Shown here in pieces: positions 20,418 to 32,059 of a stretch of DNA of 33,169 bases. The translations under genes were made by a program, and so were the position numbers. How positions within the stretch are numbered: position 1 is the first letter of the stretch; each line of letters starts with the position of its first letter. Below the pieces are notes generated by a model that did no database searches, was not told the DNA's origin, and saw only the letters and a program-made list of their open reading frames with translations. This DNA comes from Malacoraja senta. Its lineage: Eukaryota. The stretch is from positions 1 through 33,169 of the forward strand of contig JAXLNO010000343.1 of assembly GCA_038087875.1 (NCBI GenBank). The letters run 5' to 3'.

Positions 20418-21815
20418 TTTCCATATAACCATTACAGCACAGAAACAGGCCATCTCGGCCCTTCAAGTCCGTGCCGAAAACTTTTTTAAATTTTTTTTTA
20501 AACTTCCCCCTAGTCCCATCTACCTGCACTCAGACCATAACCCTCCATTCCTTTCCCGTCCATATGCCCATCCAATCTATTTTTAAAGGATAAAATCGAA
20601 CCAGCCTCCACCACTTCCACTGGAAGCTCATTCCACACAGCTACCACTCTCTGAGTAAAGAAGTTCCCCCTAATGTTCCCCCTAAACTTCTGTCCCTTAA
20701 TTCTCAAGTCGTGTCCCCTTGTTTGAATCTTCCCTACTCTCAATGGGAAAAGCTTATCCGCGTCAAATCTGTCTAACCCGCTCATCATTTTAAAGACCTC
20801 TATCAAGTCCCCTCTTAACCTTCTGCGCTCCAAAGAATAAAGACCTAACTTGTTCAACCTTTCTCTGTAACTTAGTTGCTGAAACCCAGGCAACATTCTA
20901 GTAAATCTCCTCTGTACTCTCTCTATTTTGTTGACATCCTTCCTATAATTAGGCAACCAAAATTGTACTCCATACTCCAGAATTGGCCTCACCAATGCCT
21001 TGTACAATTTTAACATTACATCCCAACTTCTATATTCAATGCTCTGATTTATAAAGGCCAGCACACCAAAAGCTTTCTTTACCACCCTATCTACATGAGA
21101 TTCCACAGTTATTCCTAGATCCCTCTGTTCAACTGCATTCCTTAATTCGCTACAATTTACCATGTACGTCCTATTTTGATTTGTCCTGCCGAGATGTAGC
21201 ACCTCACATTTGTCACCATTAAACTCCATCTGCCATCTTTCAGCCCACTCTTCCAAATGGCCTAAATCTCTCTGTAGACTTTGAAAATCTACTTCATTAT
21301 CCACAACACCACCTATCTTAGTATCATCTGCATACTTACTAATCCAATTTTCCACACCATCATCCAGATCATTGATGTACATGACAAACAACAGTGGACC
21401 TAACACAGACCCCTGAGGCACCCCACTAGTCACCGGCCTCCAACCTGACAAACAGCCATCCACCATTACTCTCTGGCATCTCCCATTCAGCCACTGTTGA
21501 ATCCATCTTGCTACTCCACCATTAATACCCAACAATTGAATCTTCTTAACCAACCTTCCATGAGGAACCTTGTCAAAGGCTTTACTGAAGTCCATATAGA
21601 CAACATCCACTGCTTTACCCTCATCAATTTCCCTAGTAACCTCTTCGAAAAATTCAAGAAGATTAGTTAAACATGACCTTCCAGGCACAAATCCATGTTG
21701 ACTGTTCCTAATCAGACCCTGTTTATCCAGATGCTTATATATATTATCTCTAAGTATCCTTTCCATTAATTTGCCCACCACTGACGTCAAACTAACAGGT
21801 CTATAATTGCTAGGA
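20418..21815 (-). mobile_element. CR1-clade LINE, 5'-truncated, with an open reverse-transcriptase ORF (20510-21790)
   Basis: NYRPVSLTSVVGK, QHGF, SCLTNL, YMDFSKAFDKVPH, SGVPQGSVLGPLLF, YADDTK, FFTQRVV.WN.LP motifs. 3' tail GGGCCGAGATGGCCTGTTTCTGTGCTGTAATGGTTATATGG. Confidence 0.97.
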
Positions 21816-22425
21816 TTTATTCTACATTTTCTTTGATCTGCGACCCCTTTGATTTCTTGTTTTCACACCTTACCCTTCCATATCTCTGGTTTCCCTCTCC
21901 CCTGACTCTCAGTCTGAAGAAGGGTTTAATACGTTTTAAGATAATAAGATTTAATAGGAATCTGAGGTGTAATGTTTTCACACATAGGGTGGTGGAGGGT
22001 GTATGGGACAAGCTGCCGGAGGAGGTAGTTGAGGCTGGGACTATCCCAAAGTTTAAGAAGTAGTTAGACAGGTACATAGATTAGACAGGTTTGGAGGGAT
22101 ATGGACCAGGGGCAGGCAGGTGGGACTAGTGTAGATGGGACATGTTGGCCGGTGTGGGTGAAGTTGGGCCGAAGGGCCTGTTTCCAAACTGTATCACTCT
22201 ATGACTCTATGACTCCAAGGGTCTTGACTATTCGTGCCTACTATGTTCTGTTGTGCTGAAGCAAAGCAAGAATTTCATTGTCCTATCAGGGACACATGAC
22301 AATAAACTCACTTGAACTCTTGAACCCGATACATCACCCATTCCTTCTCTCCGGAGATGCTGCCTTGTCCCGCTGAGTTACTCCGGCACTTTGATTCTAT
22401 CCGGTGTAAACCAGCATCTGCAGTG
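21816..22425 (+). mobile_element. PLE terminal region containing nested CR1 tail (about 21926-22216) and Rex1-like tail (22228-22317)
   Basis: The motif CTGAAGAAGGGT|CTTGA|CCCGA is split in three. Duplications AAGGGT 21920-21925/22217-22222 and TCTTGA 22222-22227/22318-22323. Confidence 0.8.
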
Positions 22426-22448
22426 GCGCAGTCCTAGAAGGAACGGGT

Positions 22449-22476
22449 GACGTTTCGGGTCGAGACCCTTCGTCAG
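22449..22476 (-). ncRNA. Minimal hammerhead ribozyme-like motif (CUGACGA variant)
   Basis: Minus strand CTGACGAAGGGTCTCGACCCGAAACGTC. Confidence 0.58.
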
Positions 22477-22796
22477 GGGAGAGGGAAAGGAGAGATATGG
22501 AAGGGTAAGGTGTGAAAACAAGAAATCAAAGGGGACGAAAATCAGTGGAAATGTAGAACAGATCAATGTTAGCTGGGGAAGGTGACAACCAGGCACACAC
22601 AGTAAAATTAATCAGGAGGACAGGCAAACGTCAGGGTGGACAGGGCATGTATTTGAAGGTCAATAAGTCACCAGATTTCCCCCCTTTGTTTTTAATTAAT
22701 TTATAGTCAAGAGTGTTTAAATGTCATATGGATCGACAAAGCAACAATGAAATTCTTACCGGCAGCAGCTTAACAATCGTGTAAGTAAGAATTTAT

Positions 22797-22975
22797 GGGT
22801 GGCACGGTGGAGCAGCTGGTAGCGCTACCACCTCACAACGCAAGAGACCCTGGTTCCATCCTGACCTCGGGTGCTGTCTGTGTGGAGTTTGCACGTTCTC
22901 CCTGTGACTGCGTGGGTTTCCTCCGGGTGCTCCGGTTTCAATCTACATCCAAAAGACGTGCGGGCCTGCAGGTTA
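22797..22975 (+). mobile_element. HE1-type tRNA-derived V-SINE, 5' portion
   Basis: A-box TGGAGCAGCTGG 22808-22819, B-box GGTTCCATCC 22852-22861, V-domain TCTGTGTGGAGTTTGCACGTTCTCCCTGTG...GGGTTTCCTCCGGGTGCTCCGGTTTC. Confidence 0.88.
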
Positions 22976-23377
22976 CCATCCCTACAGGGAAGTTTGCAAA
23001 GGTTGGGAGGTTTTAAACTGACTGATTTGGTGGGAGGGAGGAGTGGGTGTGGCAGGAATGGTAGCAGTATAGCAGGTGGGAAGAACAAATGTAGAGATTT
23101 TTTAGGGAGTCCAGCGGGCGGAGCAGACAGGGCCGTTAGGAGGCTTGGGAGAGCTGACGAGCTTTATTGCAAGGATAGACTCAAAATACTGGAGCAACTC
23201 AGCGGGACAGGCAGCATCCCTGGAGAGAAGGAATGGGTGACGTTTCAGGTCGAGATCCTTCTTCAGATTGAGAGTCAGGGGAGAGGGAGTCTAGAGATAT
23301 GGAGGGGTAAGGTGTGAAAACAACAGATCAAAGCTGGCGAGCCTCACAATAGGACAGATGATCTCGGAGCACCCAGA

Positions 23378-23487
23378 TCTATCTACCCTATCTATGCCTA
23401 GAAAAGGTTCTGACTGTCTACCCTATCTATGCCTGAAGAGATTCTGACTGTCTTCTCTAAAAGGTTCTGACTGTCTGCCGTATCTAT
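23378..23487. repeat. Short tandem repeat of a ~34-bp LINE-derived unit
   Basis: AAAGGTTCTGACTGTCTACCCTATCTATGCCT in about 3 imperfect copies. Confidence 0.8.
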
Positions 23488-23811
23488 TTAATATGGAGAC
23501 TGGAATGAGACACAATGTTGAAAAGCAGTCAATATGAAGGTCTGGACGGGTTTGGACCCGAAACTTCACCCATTCCTTCTCTGCAGAGATGCTGCCTGTC
23601 CCTCCGAGTTACTCCAGCACTTTGTGTCTAACTGAAGGTAGACAACAATGCTGGAGAAACTCAGCGGGTGAGGCGGCATCTATGGAGCGAAGGAATAGGT
23701 GGCGATTCGGGTCGAGACCCTTCTTCAGACTTTTCGATTTTTTCAGCATCTGCAGTTCTTTCTTAGACATTGTGTCTATCTGAAGGTCACTTCTGTTGTG
23801 CTCGCGAACCC

Positions 23812-25257
23812 ACATAGATACATAGATACATAGACAATAGGTGCAGGAGTAGGCCATTCGGCCCTTCGAGCCTGCACCGCCATTCAATATGATCATGGCT
23901 GATCATCCAACTCAGTATCCCGTACCTGCCTTCTCTCCATACCCCCTGATCCCTTTAGCCACAAGGATCACATCTAACTCCCTCTTAAATATAGCCAATG
24001 AACTGGCCTCAACTACCCTCTGTGGCAGAGAGTTCCACAGATTCACCACTCTCTGTGTGAAAAAGTTTTTTCTCATCTCGGTCTTAAAGGATTTCCCCCT
24101 TATCCTTAAGCTGTGACCCCTTGTCCTGGACTTCCCCAACATCGGGAACAATCTTCCTGCATCTAGCCTGTCCAACCCCATAAGAATTTTGTACGTTTCT
24201 ATAAGATCCCCTCTCAATCTCCTAAATTCTAGCGAGTATAAGCCAAGTCTATCCAGTCTTTCTTCATATGAAAGTCCTGACATCCCAGGAATCAGTCTGG
24301 TGAACCTTCTCTGCACTCCCTCTATGGCTATAATGTCCTTCCTCAGATTTGGAGACCAAAACTGTACGCAATACTCCAGGTGTGGTCTCACCAAGACCCT
24401 GTACAACTGCAGTAGAACCTCCCTGCTCCTATACTCAAATCCTTTTGCTATGAAAGCTAACATACCATTTGCTTTCTTCACTGCCTGCTGCACCTGCATG
24501 CCTACTTTCAATGACTGGTGTACCATGACACCCAGGTCTCGCTGCATCTCCCCTTTTCCTAATCGGCCATCATTTAGATAATAGTCGGCTTTCCTGTTTT
24601 TGCCACCAAAGTGGATAACCTCACATTTATCCATATTATACTGCATCTGCCAAACATTTGCCCACTCACCCAGCCTATCCTTTCTTTAAGTTCTGAACCG
24701 TTGTTTCTGAATTAACAATGTCACTCTCCATCCTAATGAAGAACTCAACCATATTATGGTCACTCTTGCCCAAGGGGGCACGCACAACAAGACTGCTAAC
24801 TAACCCTTCCTCATTACTCAATACCCAGTCTAGAATAGCCTGCTCTCTCGTTGGTTCCTCTACATGTTGGTTTAGATAACTATCCCGCATACATTCCAAG
24901 AAATCCTCTTCCTCAACACCCCTGCCAATTTGATTCACCCAATCTATATGTAGATTGAAGTCACCCATTATAACTGTTTTGCCTTTGTTGCACGCATTTA
25001 TAATTTCCTGTTTGATGCCATCCCCAACTTCACTACTACTGCTAGGTGGCCTGTACACAACACCCACCAGCGTTTTCTGCCCCTTAGTGTTTCGTAGCTC
25101 TACCCATACCGATTCCACATCCTCCAAGCTAATGTCCTTCCTTTCCACTGCGTTAATTTCCTCTCTAACCAGCAACGCTACCCCACCTCCTTTTCCTTTC
25201 TCTCTATCCCTCCTGAATATTGAATATCCTTGGATGTTCAGCTCCCAGCCTTGGTCA
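23812..25257 (-). mobile_element. CR1-clade LINE with internal deletion: AP-endonuclease portion fused to RT C-terminus
   Basis: APE motifs GYSIFRRDR..GKGGGVALLV, GVVYRPP, MGDFN, ILDWVL and SDHN (25255-24678). Then, in another frame, DRLGEWANVWQMQYNMDKC...FFTQRVVNLWNSLP...GY* (to 23912). Tail (TATCTATG)n. Confidence 0.96.
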
Positions 25258-25844
25258 CATAGTCACACATTCTCTCTCTCACATCTATACAATGCTGTCT
25301 CACACACACAATTGTCACACTCTCTCTCGCACACACACACACACACACACAGCTGATGAACAGGCACAGCTGTCACACACTCAAGCACGCAGTATCACAC
25401 ACACACACACACACACACTCACTCACTCACACACACACACACACACACACGCAGAGATACACAGTAGGAGAGCAGCTATAATGAGGGTTTGGTAGCATTC
25501 ATGGTATTTCTAATTTTTGATGGTCCTAAGTACCACTTGAGCCAAATAACTCAACTAAATCTAAGAAAAGTACAGAGTATTTCTTTCCTGGTAAAAATAT
25601 CCAGAATTTCTGCCTCACTCAAAGTGACTACTGTCATCTCAAGGTGCGCTGCCAAGCTCCAAGTGCGTACAGCAGCCCGACCTGACCACGTACTCTACTG
25701 ATTTTTAAATCATCCTCCCCTGATTTATGACTGTATTTCTAATAGATGTTTATTTTCCAGCAGCGAGGAGGTCTACACTCACCTTGCTTTACTGAAGCGT
25801 TGCAATTAGACCTGTCTGTGATCATCTGGGGAATGGATTCCTCC

Positions 25845-25849
<5 letters not shown>

Positions 25850-25889
<40 letters not shown>

Positions 25890-25975
25890 GGAGATGGAGA
25901 CGGAGATGGAGACGGAGATGGAGACAGAGACAGAGAGAGACAGGCAGACAGACAGAGACAGAGACAGAGACAGAG
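25850..25975. repeat. (GA)n plus GGAGAT/GGAGAC and GAGACA microsatellites
   Basis: Direct reading. A CA-rich tract also lies at 25260-25460. Confidence 0.95.
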
Positions 25976-26826
25976 AGCAGGCTGCTGATATTGTCAAAAA
26001 CACAGCGAAACAGTCTGAAGAAGGGAGGGTTATGGGGAGAAGGCAGGAGAATGGGGTTAGGACGAGATAGATCAGCCACGATTGAATGGCGGGGTAGACT
26101 TGAAGGGCCGAATGGCCTAATTCTGGTCAAATCATTTACAACATCATGAATCTCTCACTCCTCCCTTCCCCATCCTAGTTCTCCGACCAATCCTGATTAT
26201 GTTTTATCTTTGTATGCTCCATTGTCACCTTCCACGAGCTAACTATGATCTATTCTACATTTCCCCTGAACTCCATCTCCTTAGATGTCTCGTTTTCACA
26301 CCCTACCCTTCCATATCTCTGTGTCTCCCTCTCCACTGACTCTCAGCATGAAGAAGGGTGTCGACCCGAAGCGTCACCCCTTCCTTCTCTCCAGAGATGC
26401 TGCCTGTCCCGCTGAGTTACCCCAGCATTTTGTGTCTATCTTTAGTCTGAAGAAGGGACAGACGCAAAATGTTGGATTATTCATACCGCTGGGTTGTAAA
26501 CTGGCCTGAAACGTGGCCTGGCCATGTCCTGCTGAGATGCTGTCTGACCCAATGAGTTACACCAGCACTTTGTGCTTCAAAGCAGACTGGGCCTATACTC
26601 TCCAAAGACACGGGAGCTGCAGATGCTGGTTTACAAAGTAAGAAATAAAGAGCTGGAGTAACTCAGCAGGTCAGGGAACAGATGGAGGACATGGATGGGC
26701 GACCTTTCTGGTCTATCCATGTTCTCCAGAGGTGATCTTGACCCGCTGAATTACTCCAGCACGTTGTGACTTTTTGTTTCCATGCTCTTTGGAGTTTAAG
26801 AGGTGAACAGATTAAGAGGTGATTTC

Positions 26827-26921
26827 GTCTGAAGATGGGTTTCGGGCCGAAACGTTGCCTATTTCCTTCGCTCCATAGATGCTGCTGCACCCGCTGAGTT
26901 TCTCCAGCATTTTTGTGTACC
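26827..26921 (+). mobile_element. 95-bp PLE terminal-repeat insertion with perfect 15-bp TSD
   Basis: TTAAGAGGTGATTTC at 26812-26826 and 26922-26936. The insert starts GT-CTGAAGA. Confidence 0.9.
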
Positions 26922-29319
26922 TTAAGAGGTGATTTCACTGGAACACAGCAACCACTTAAACAGTGAACAGTGTTGATAGACTGTGAACAGTGGTTAGACT
27001 GTCCACAACCCGGGATCACAGTCTCCAAATAAGGGTATTCCAATCCAAGAATAAGGAGGCGTTTGTGCATCCGGTGAGCAGTGAAACCTCTGAATTCTCT
27101 ACCCAAAGGGTATTGGTATCGGTAACTGTTGCTAAATCAGTGCAAGACAGGGCGAAACACACAGGGCTGGAGGAACTTTAAGTCTGAAGAAGGTTCCTGG
27201 CCAAAACATAATAGAGTCGAAGAGTCTTACGCAGAGTGGAAACAGGCCCTTCGGCCCAACTTGCCCACACCGGCCAACATGTCCCATCTACACTACAACA
27301 TGTCCCATCTACGCTAGTCCCACCTGCCTGCATTTGGCCCATACCCCTCTAAACCTGTCCTATCTATGTACCTGTTCAAATGTTTCTTAAACGTCGCCAT
27401 AGTACCTGCACAAGTAAGCAAGCATAAAACAACGGTTCACTTGACTGGTTACAGAATGGGGCAAGAGCGTATCGACAGGGCAAGTATTTCCTACGATTTG
27501 TAAAAATGAATGGTGAATGAAGAAAAACATTTTCACCCAGAGAGTTGTGCATCTGTGGAATTCTCCGCCACAGAAGGCATTGGAGGTCAATTCACGATGT
27601 TTTCAAGAGAGTTAGATAGAGCTCTTAGGGCTAAAGGAATCAAGGTGATTCAATGTGTGGGAAAAGCAGGAACGGGGGTACTGATTTTGGATGGTCAGCC
27701 ATGATCATATTGAATGTGAAGGGCCAAATGGCCTACCCCTGCACCTATTTTCTATGTTTCTATGTTTCTACGATCAGATTCACCCATCTAATAACCCGGG
27801 TCCTCTTGCCAAGACAGATGATGGACAAACATCCTCCCCACCCGAACAAAACAATGCCTCACCATCTCAGGATAATGTGTTAATCATCCAAGATTAAAAC
27901 AAAGGGCAAACATTCTTCACCCAAATAGGTGTGAATCTTTCAAATTCTCCAGAGAGTAATCACCACTCAGTCCTTGAGTCTAATCAAGATGGATGGCAAT
28001 AGAATTTGGACGTTAACTTCATTAGGGGAAGTGGGGATACTGCAGTTAAGGCTGAGTAACATAGAAACATAGAAAGTAGGTGCAGGAGTAGGCCATTCAG
28101 CCCTTCGAGCCAGCACCACCATTCAATATGATCATGGCTGATCATCCAGAATCAGTACCCCGTTCCTGCCTTTCCCCCATATACCTTGATTCTGTTAGCT
28201 CTAGGAGCTATATCTAACTCTCTCTTGAATACCGCTACATCTTGAGCAGATGTAGATATCCGTCATGATGTGTGTAGGGAGGAACTGCAAACACTGGTTT
28301 ACATTGAAGATCGACACAAAATACTGGAGTAACTTGGCCTCATGGGCAGCATCTCCGGATGGAAGGAATGGGTGACGTTTCGGGTTGAGACCCTTCTTCA
28401 GAAATGATGTTATGGAATGGTAGGGTGAGGCCAATGGATCCAACACCTCCCCCTGCTACTGTTTGTTACACTCCTACATTGAAATTCATCAACTACCATC
28501 TTCCATGTGCAATGCCTGTGAGAATGAACTAATCACCTACAGTGTTCATTTTCTATTGTTACTTGAGTCATTGTCAGTTTTTACAGTGCAATGCTTAATT
28601 GGTAACCACTTATGGTTCAATGTTTGCTGTGAAAAATATAGGGAATGAATAGATTTCTTCTGCATGAATATTCATAACCATGTTTAAAATTATTCTGCTT
28701 TTGATATAATTTTAGTAAAATGTTTACCTAAAGTATTAGGGGGGGGCATGGTGGCGCATTTGTTCTGGCCTTTTCTTACCTCCGGTTCCCTCCCCTCTAC
28801 TTTCAGTCTGAAGACCCGAAATGTCACCATCCTTTCTTTCTCCAGAGATGCTGCCTGACCCGCTGAATCTCCCCAGCACTTTGTGCTTATCTTCGGTACA
28901 AACCAGCATGTGCAGTTCATAAGTTGCAGGAGCGAATTAGGCATTTGGCCCATCAAGTTTGCTCTGCCATTCAATCATGGCGGATCTATCTTTTCCTCTC
29001 AACCCCATTCTCCTGCCTTCTCCCCATTACATTGACACCCTTACTAATCAAGAGTCTATCACCTTAAAAAAATCCATTGACTTGGCCTCCACAGCCTTCC
29101 TGCGCAAAGAATTCCGCAGATTCACCACCCTCTGGCGAAATCAATTCCTCCTCATCTCCTTTCCTAAAGGTACGGTTTTATTCTGAGAAAGGTCCTTTCG
29201 ACATATTTTCCAGTGGGAATGGAAGCATCGCATTACAGCTAATTAGGTTGCCTGTTACATATCTGGTTACTACTGCTTGGGGGGGGGGTGGGTAGCAATA
29301 GGTAGATAGTCTTTCAGTC

Positions 29320-29845
29320 AATCACGTAGTCTTACAGCGTGAAAACAGGTCCTTCAACCCAATTTGCCAACATATCCCATCTAAACTAGTCCAACCTACC
29401 TACGTTTGACCCATGTCCCTCTAAACCTGTCCTAACTACGTACCTGCCTAAATGTTTCTTAAATGTTGCGATGGTCCCCTGCCTCAACTACCTCCTCTGG
29501 AACTTGTTCCATACACCCATCACCCTTTACGTGAAAAAGTTACCCCTCAGATTCTTATTACGTTTTTCCGCCCTCGCCTTAAACCTATGTCCTCTGGTTC
29601 TCGATTCCCCTACTCTGGGCAGGAGACTCTGTGCATCTACCCGATCTATTCCTCTCATGATTTTGTACACGATAAGATCACCCCTCATCCTCCTGCGCTC
29701 CAAGGAATAGAGTCCTAGCCTGCTCAACCTCTCCCTGTAGCTCGGGTCCTCGAGTCCTGGCAGCATCCCGGTAAATCTCCCCTACACCCTTTCCAGCTTG
29801 ACAACATCTTTCCTACAACACGGTGCCCAGAACTGAACACAGCAA
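29320..29845 (-). mobile_element. CR1 RT C-terminus plus 3' end (duplicate at about 31318-31845)
   Basis: CVQFWAPCCRKDVVKLERV / MLPGLEDPSYRERLSRLGLYSLERRRMRGDLI...RGNFFT. Confidence 0.92.
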
Positions 29846-31914
29846 TCTAAAAATGGACACAAAAAGCTGGAGTAACTCAGCGGGACAGTCCAGCAACTCT
29901 GGAGAGAAGGAATGGCTGACGTTTGGGGTCGAGATCCTTCATCAGACTGGTTAGGGATAAGGGAAATGAGAGATATAGACGGTGATGTAGAGAGAGAAAG
30001 GAAGAATGAATAAAAGATATGCAAAAGAAGTAACGATGATAAAGGAAACAGGCATTGTTATGGATAATAGACAATAGGTGCAGGAGTAGGCCATTCAGCC
30101 CTTCGAGCCAGCACCACCATTCAATATGATCATGGCTGATCATCCAGAATCAGTACCCCGTTCCTGCCTTTCCCCCATATACCTTGATTCTGTTAGCTCT
30201 AGGAGCTATATCTAACTCTCTCTTGAATACCGCTACATCTTGAGTAGATGTAGATATCAGTCATGATGTGTGTAGGGAGGAACTGCAAACACTGGTTTAC
30301 ATTGAAGATCGACACAAAATACTGGAGTAACTTGGCCTCATGGGCAGCATCTCCGGATGGAAGGAATGGGTGACGTTTCGGGTTGAGACCCTTCTTCAGA
30401 AATGATGTTATGGAATGGTAGGGTGAGGCCAATGGATCCAACACCTCCCCCTGCTACTGTTTGTTACACTCCTACATTGAAATTCATCAACTACCATCTT
30501 CCATGTGCAATGCCTGTGAGAATGAACTAATCACCTACAGTGTTCATTTTCTATTGTTACTTGAGTCATTGTCAGTTTTTACAGTGCAATGCTTAATTGG
30601 TAACCACTTATGGTTCAATGTTTGCTGTGAAAAATATAGGGAATGAATAGATTTCTTCTGCATGAATATTCATAACCATGTTTAAAATTATTCTGCTTTT
30701 GATATAATTTTAGTAAAATGTTTACCTAAAGTATTAGGGGGGGCATGGTGGCGCATTTGTTCTGGCCTTTTCTTACCTCCGGTTCCCTCCCCTCTACTTT
30801 CAGTCTGAAGACCCGAAATGTCACCCATCCTTTCTTTCTCCAGAGATGCTGCCTGACACGCTGAATCTCCCCAGCACTTTGTGCTTATCTTCGGTACAAA
30901 CCAGCATGTGCAGTTCATAAGTTGCAGGAGCGGAATTAGGCCATTTGGCCCATCAAGTTTGCTCTGCCATTCAATCATGGCGGATCTATCTTTTCCTCTC
31001 AACCCCATTCTCCTGCCTTCTCCCCATTACATTGACACCCTTACTAATCAAGAGTCTATCACCTTAAAAAAATCCATTGACTTGGCCTCCACAGCCTTCC
31101 TGCGCAAAGAATTCCGCAGATTCACCACCCTCTGGCGAAATCAATTCCTCCTCATCTCCTTTCTAAAGGTACGGTTTTATTCTGAGAAAGGTCCTTTCGA
31201 CATATTTTCCAGTGGGAATGGAAGCATCGCATTACAGCTAATTAGGTTGCCTGTTACATATCTGGTTACTACTGCTTGGGGGGGGGGGGGTAGCAATAGG
31301 TAGATAGTCTTTCAGTCAATCACGTAGTCTTACAGCGTGAAAACAGGTCCTTCAACCCAATTTGCCAACATATCCCATCTAAACTAGTCCAACCTACCTA
31401 CGTTTGACCCATGTCCCTCTAAACCTGTCCTAACTACGTACCTGCCTAAATGTTTCTTAAATGTTGCGATGGTCCCTGCCTCAACTACCTCCTCTGGAAC
31501 TTGTTCCATACACCCATCACCCTTTACGTGAAAAAGTTACCCCTCAGATTCTTATTACGTTTTTCCGCCCTCGCCTTAAACCTATGTCCTCTGGTTCTCG
31601 ATTCCCCTACTCTGGGCAGGAGACTCTGTGCATCTACCCGATCTATTCCTCTCATGATTTTGTACACGATAAGATCACCCCTCATCCTCCTGCGCTCCAA
31701 GGAATAGAGTCCTAGCCTGCTCAACCTCTCCCTGTAGCTCGGGTCCTCGAGTCCTGGCAGCATCCCGGTAAATCTCCCCTACACCCTTTCCAGCTTGACA
31801 ACATCTTTCCTACAACACGGTGCCCAGAACTGAACACAGCAATCTAAAAATGGACACAAAAAGCTGGAGTAACTCAGCGGGACAGTCCAGCAACTCTGGA
31901 GAGAAGGAATGGCT

Positions 31915-31942
31915 GACGTTTCGGGTCGAGATCCTTCATCAG
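31915..31942 (-). ncRNA. Minimal hammerhead ribozyme-like motif (CUGAUGA, one helix II mismatch)
   Basis: Minus strand CTGATGAAGGATCTCGACCCGAAACGTC. Confidence 0.5.
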
Positions 31943-32059
31943 ACTGGTTAGGGATAAGGGAAATGAGAGATATAGACGGTGATGTAGAGAGAGAAAGGAA
32001 GAATGAATAAAAGATATACAAAAAAGTAACGATGATAAAGGAAACAGGCCATTGTTATG

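Noticed and set aside
22797..22870. tRNA-like A and B boxes
   Set aside because: Head of an HE1-type SINE continuing into the V-domain; no complete cloverleaf.
27275..27316. 21-bp tandem duplication CAACATGTCCCATCTAC[A/G]CTA
   Set aside because: Ordinary slippage duplication inside a CR1 tail.
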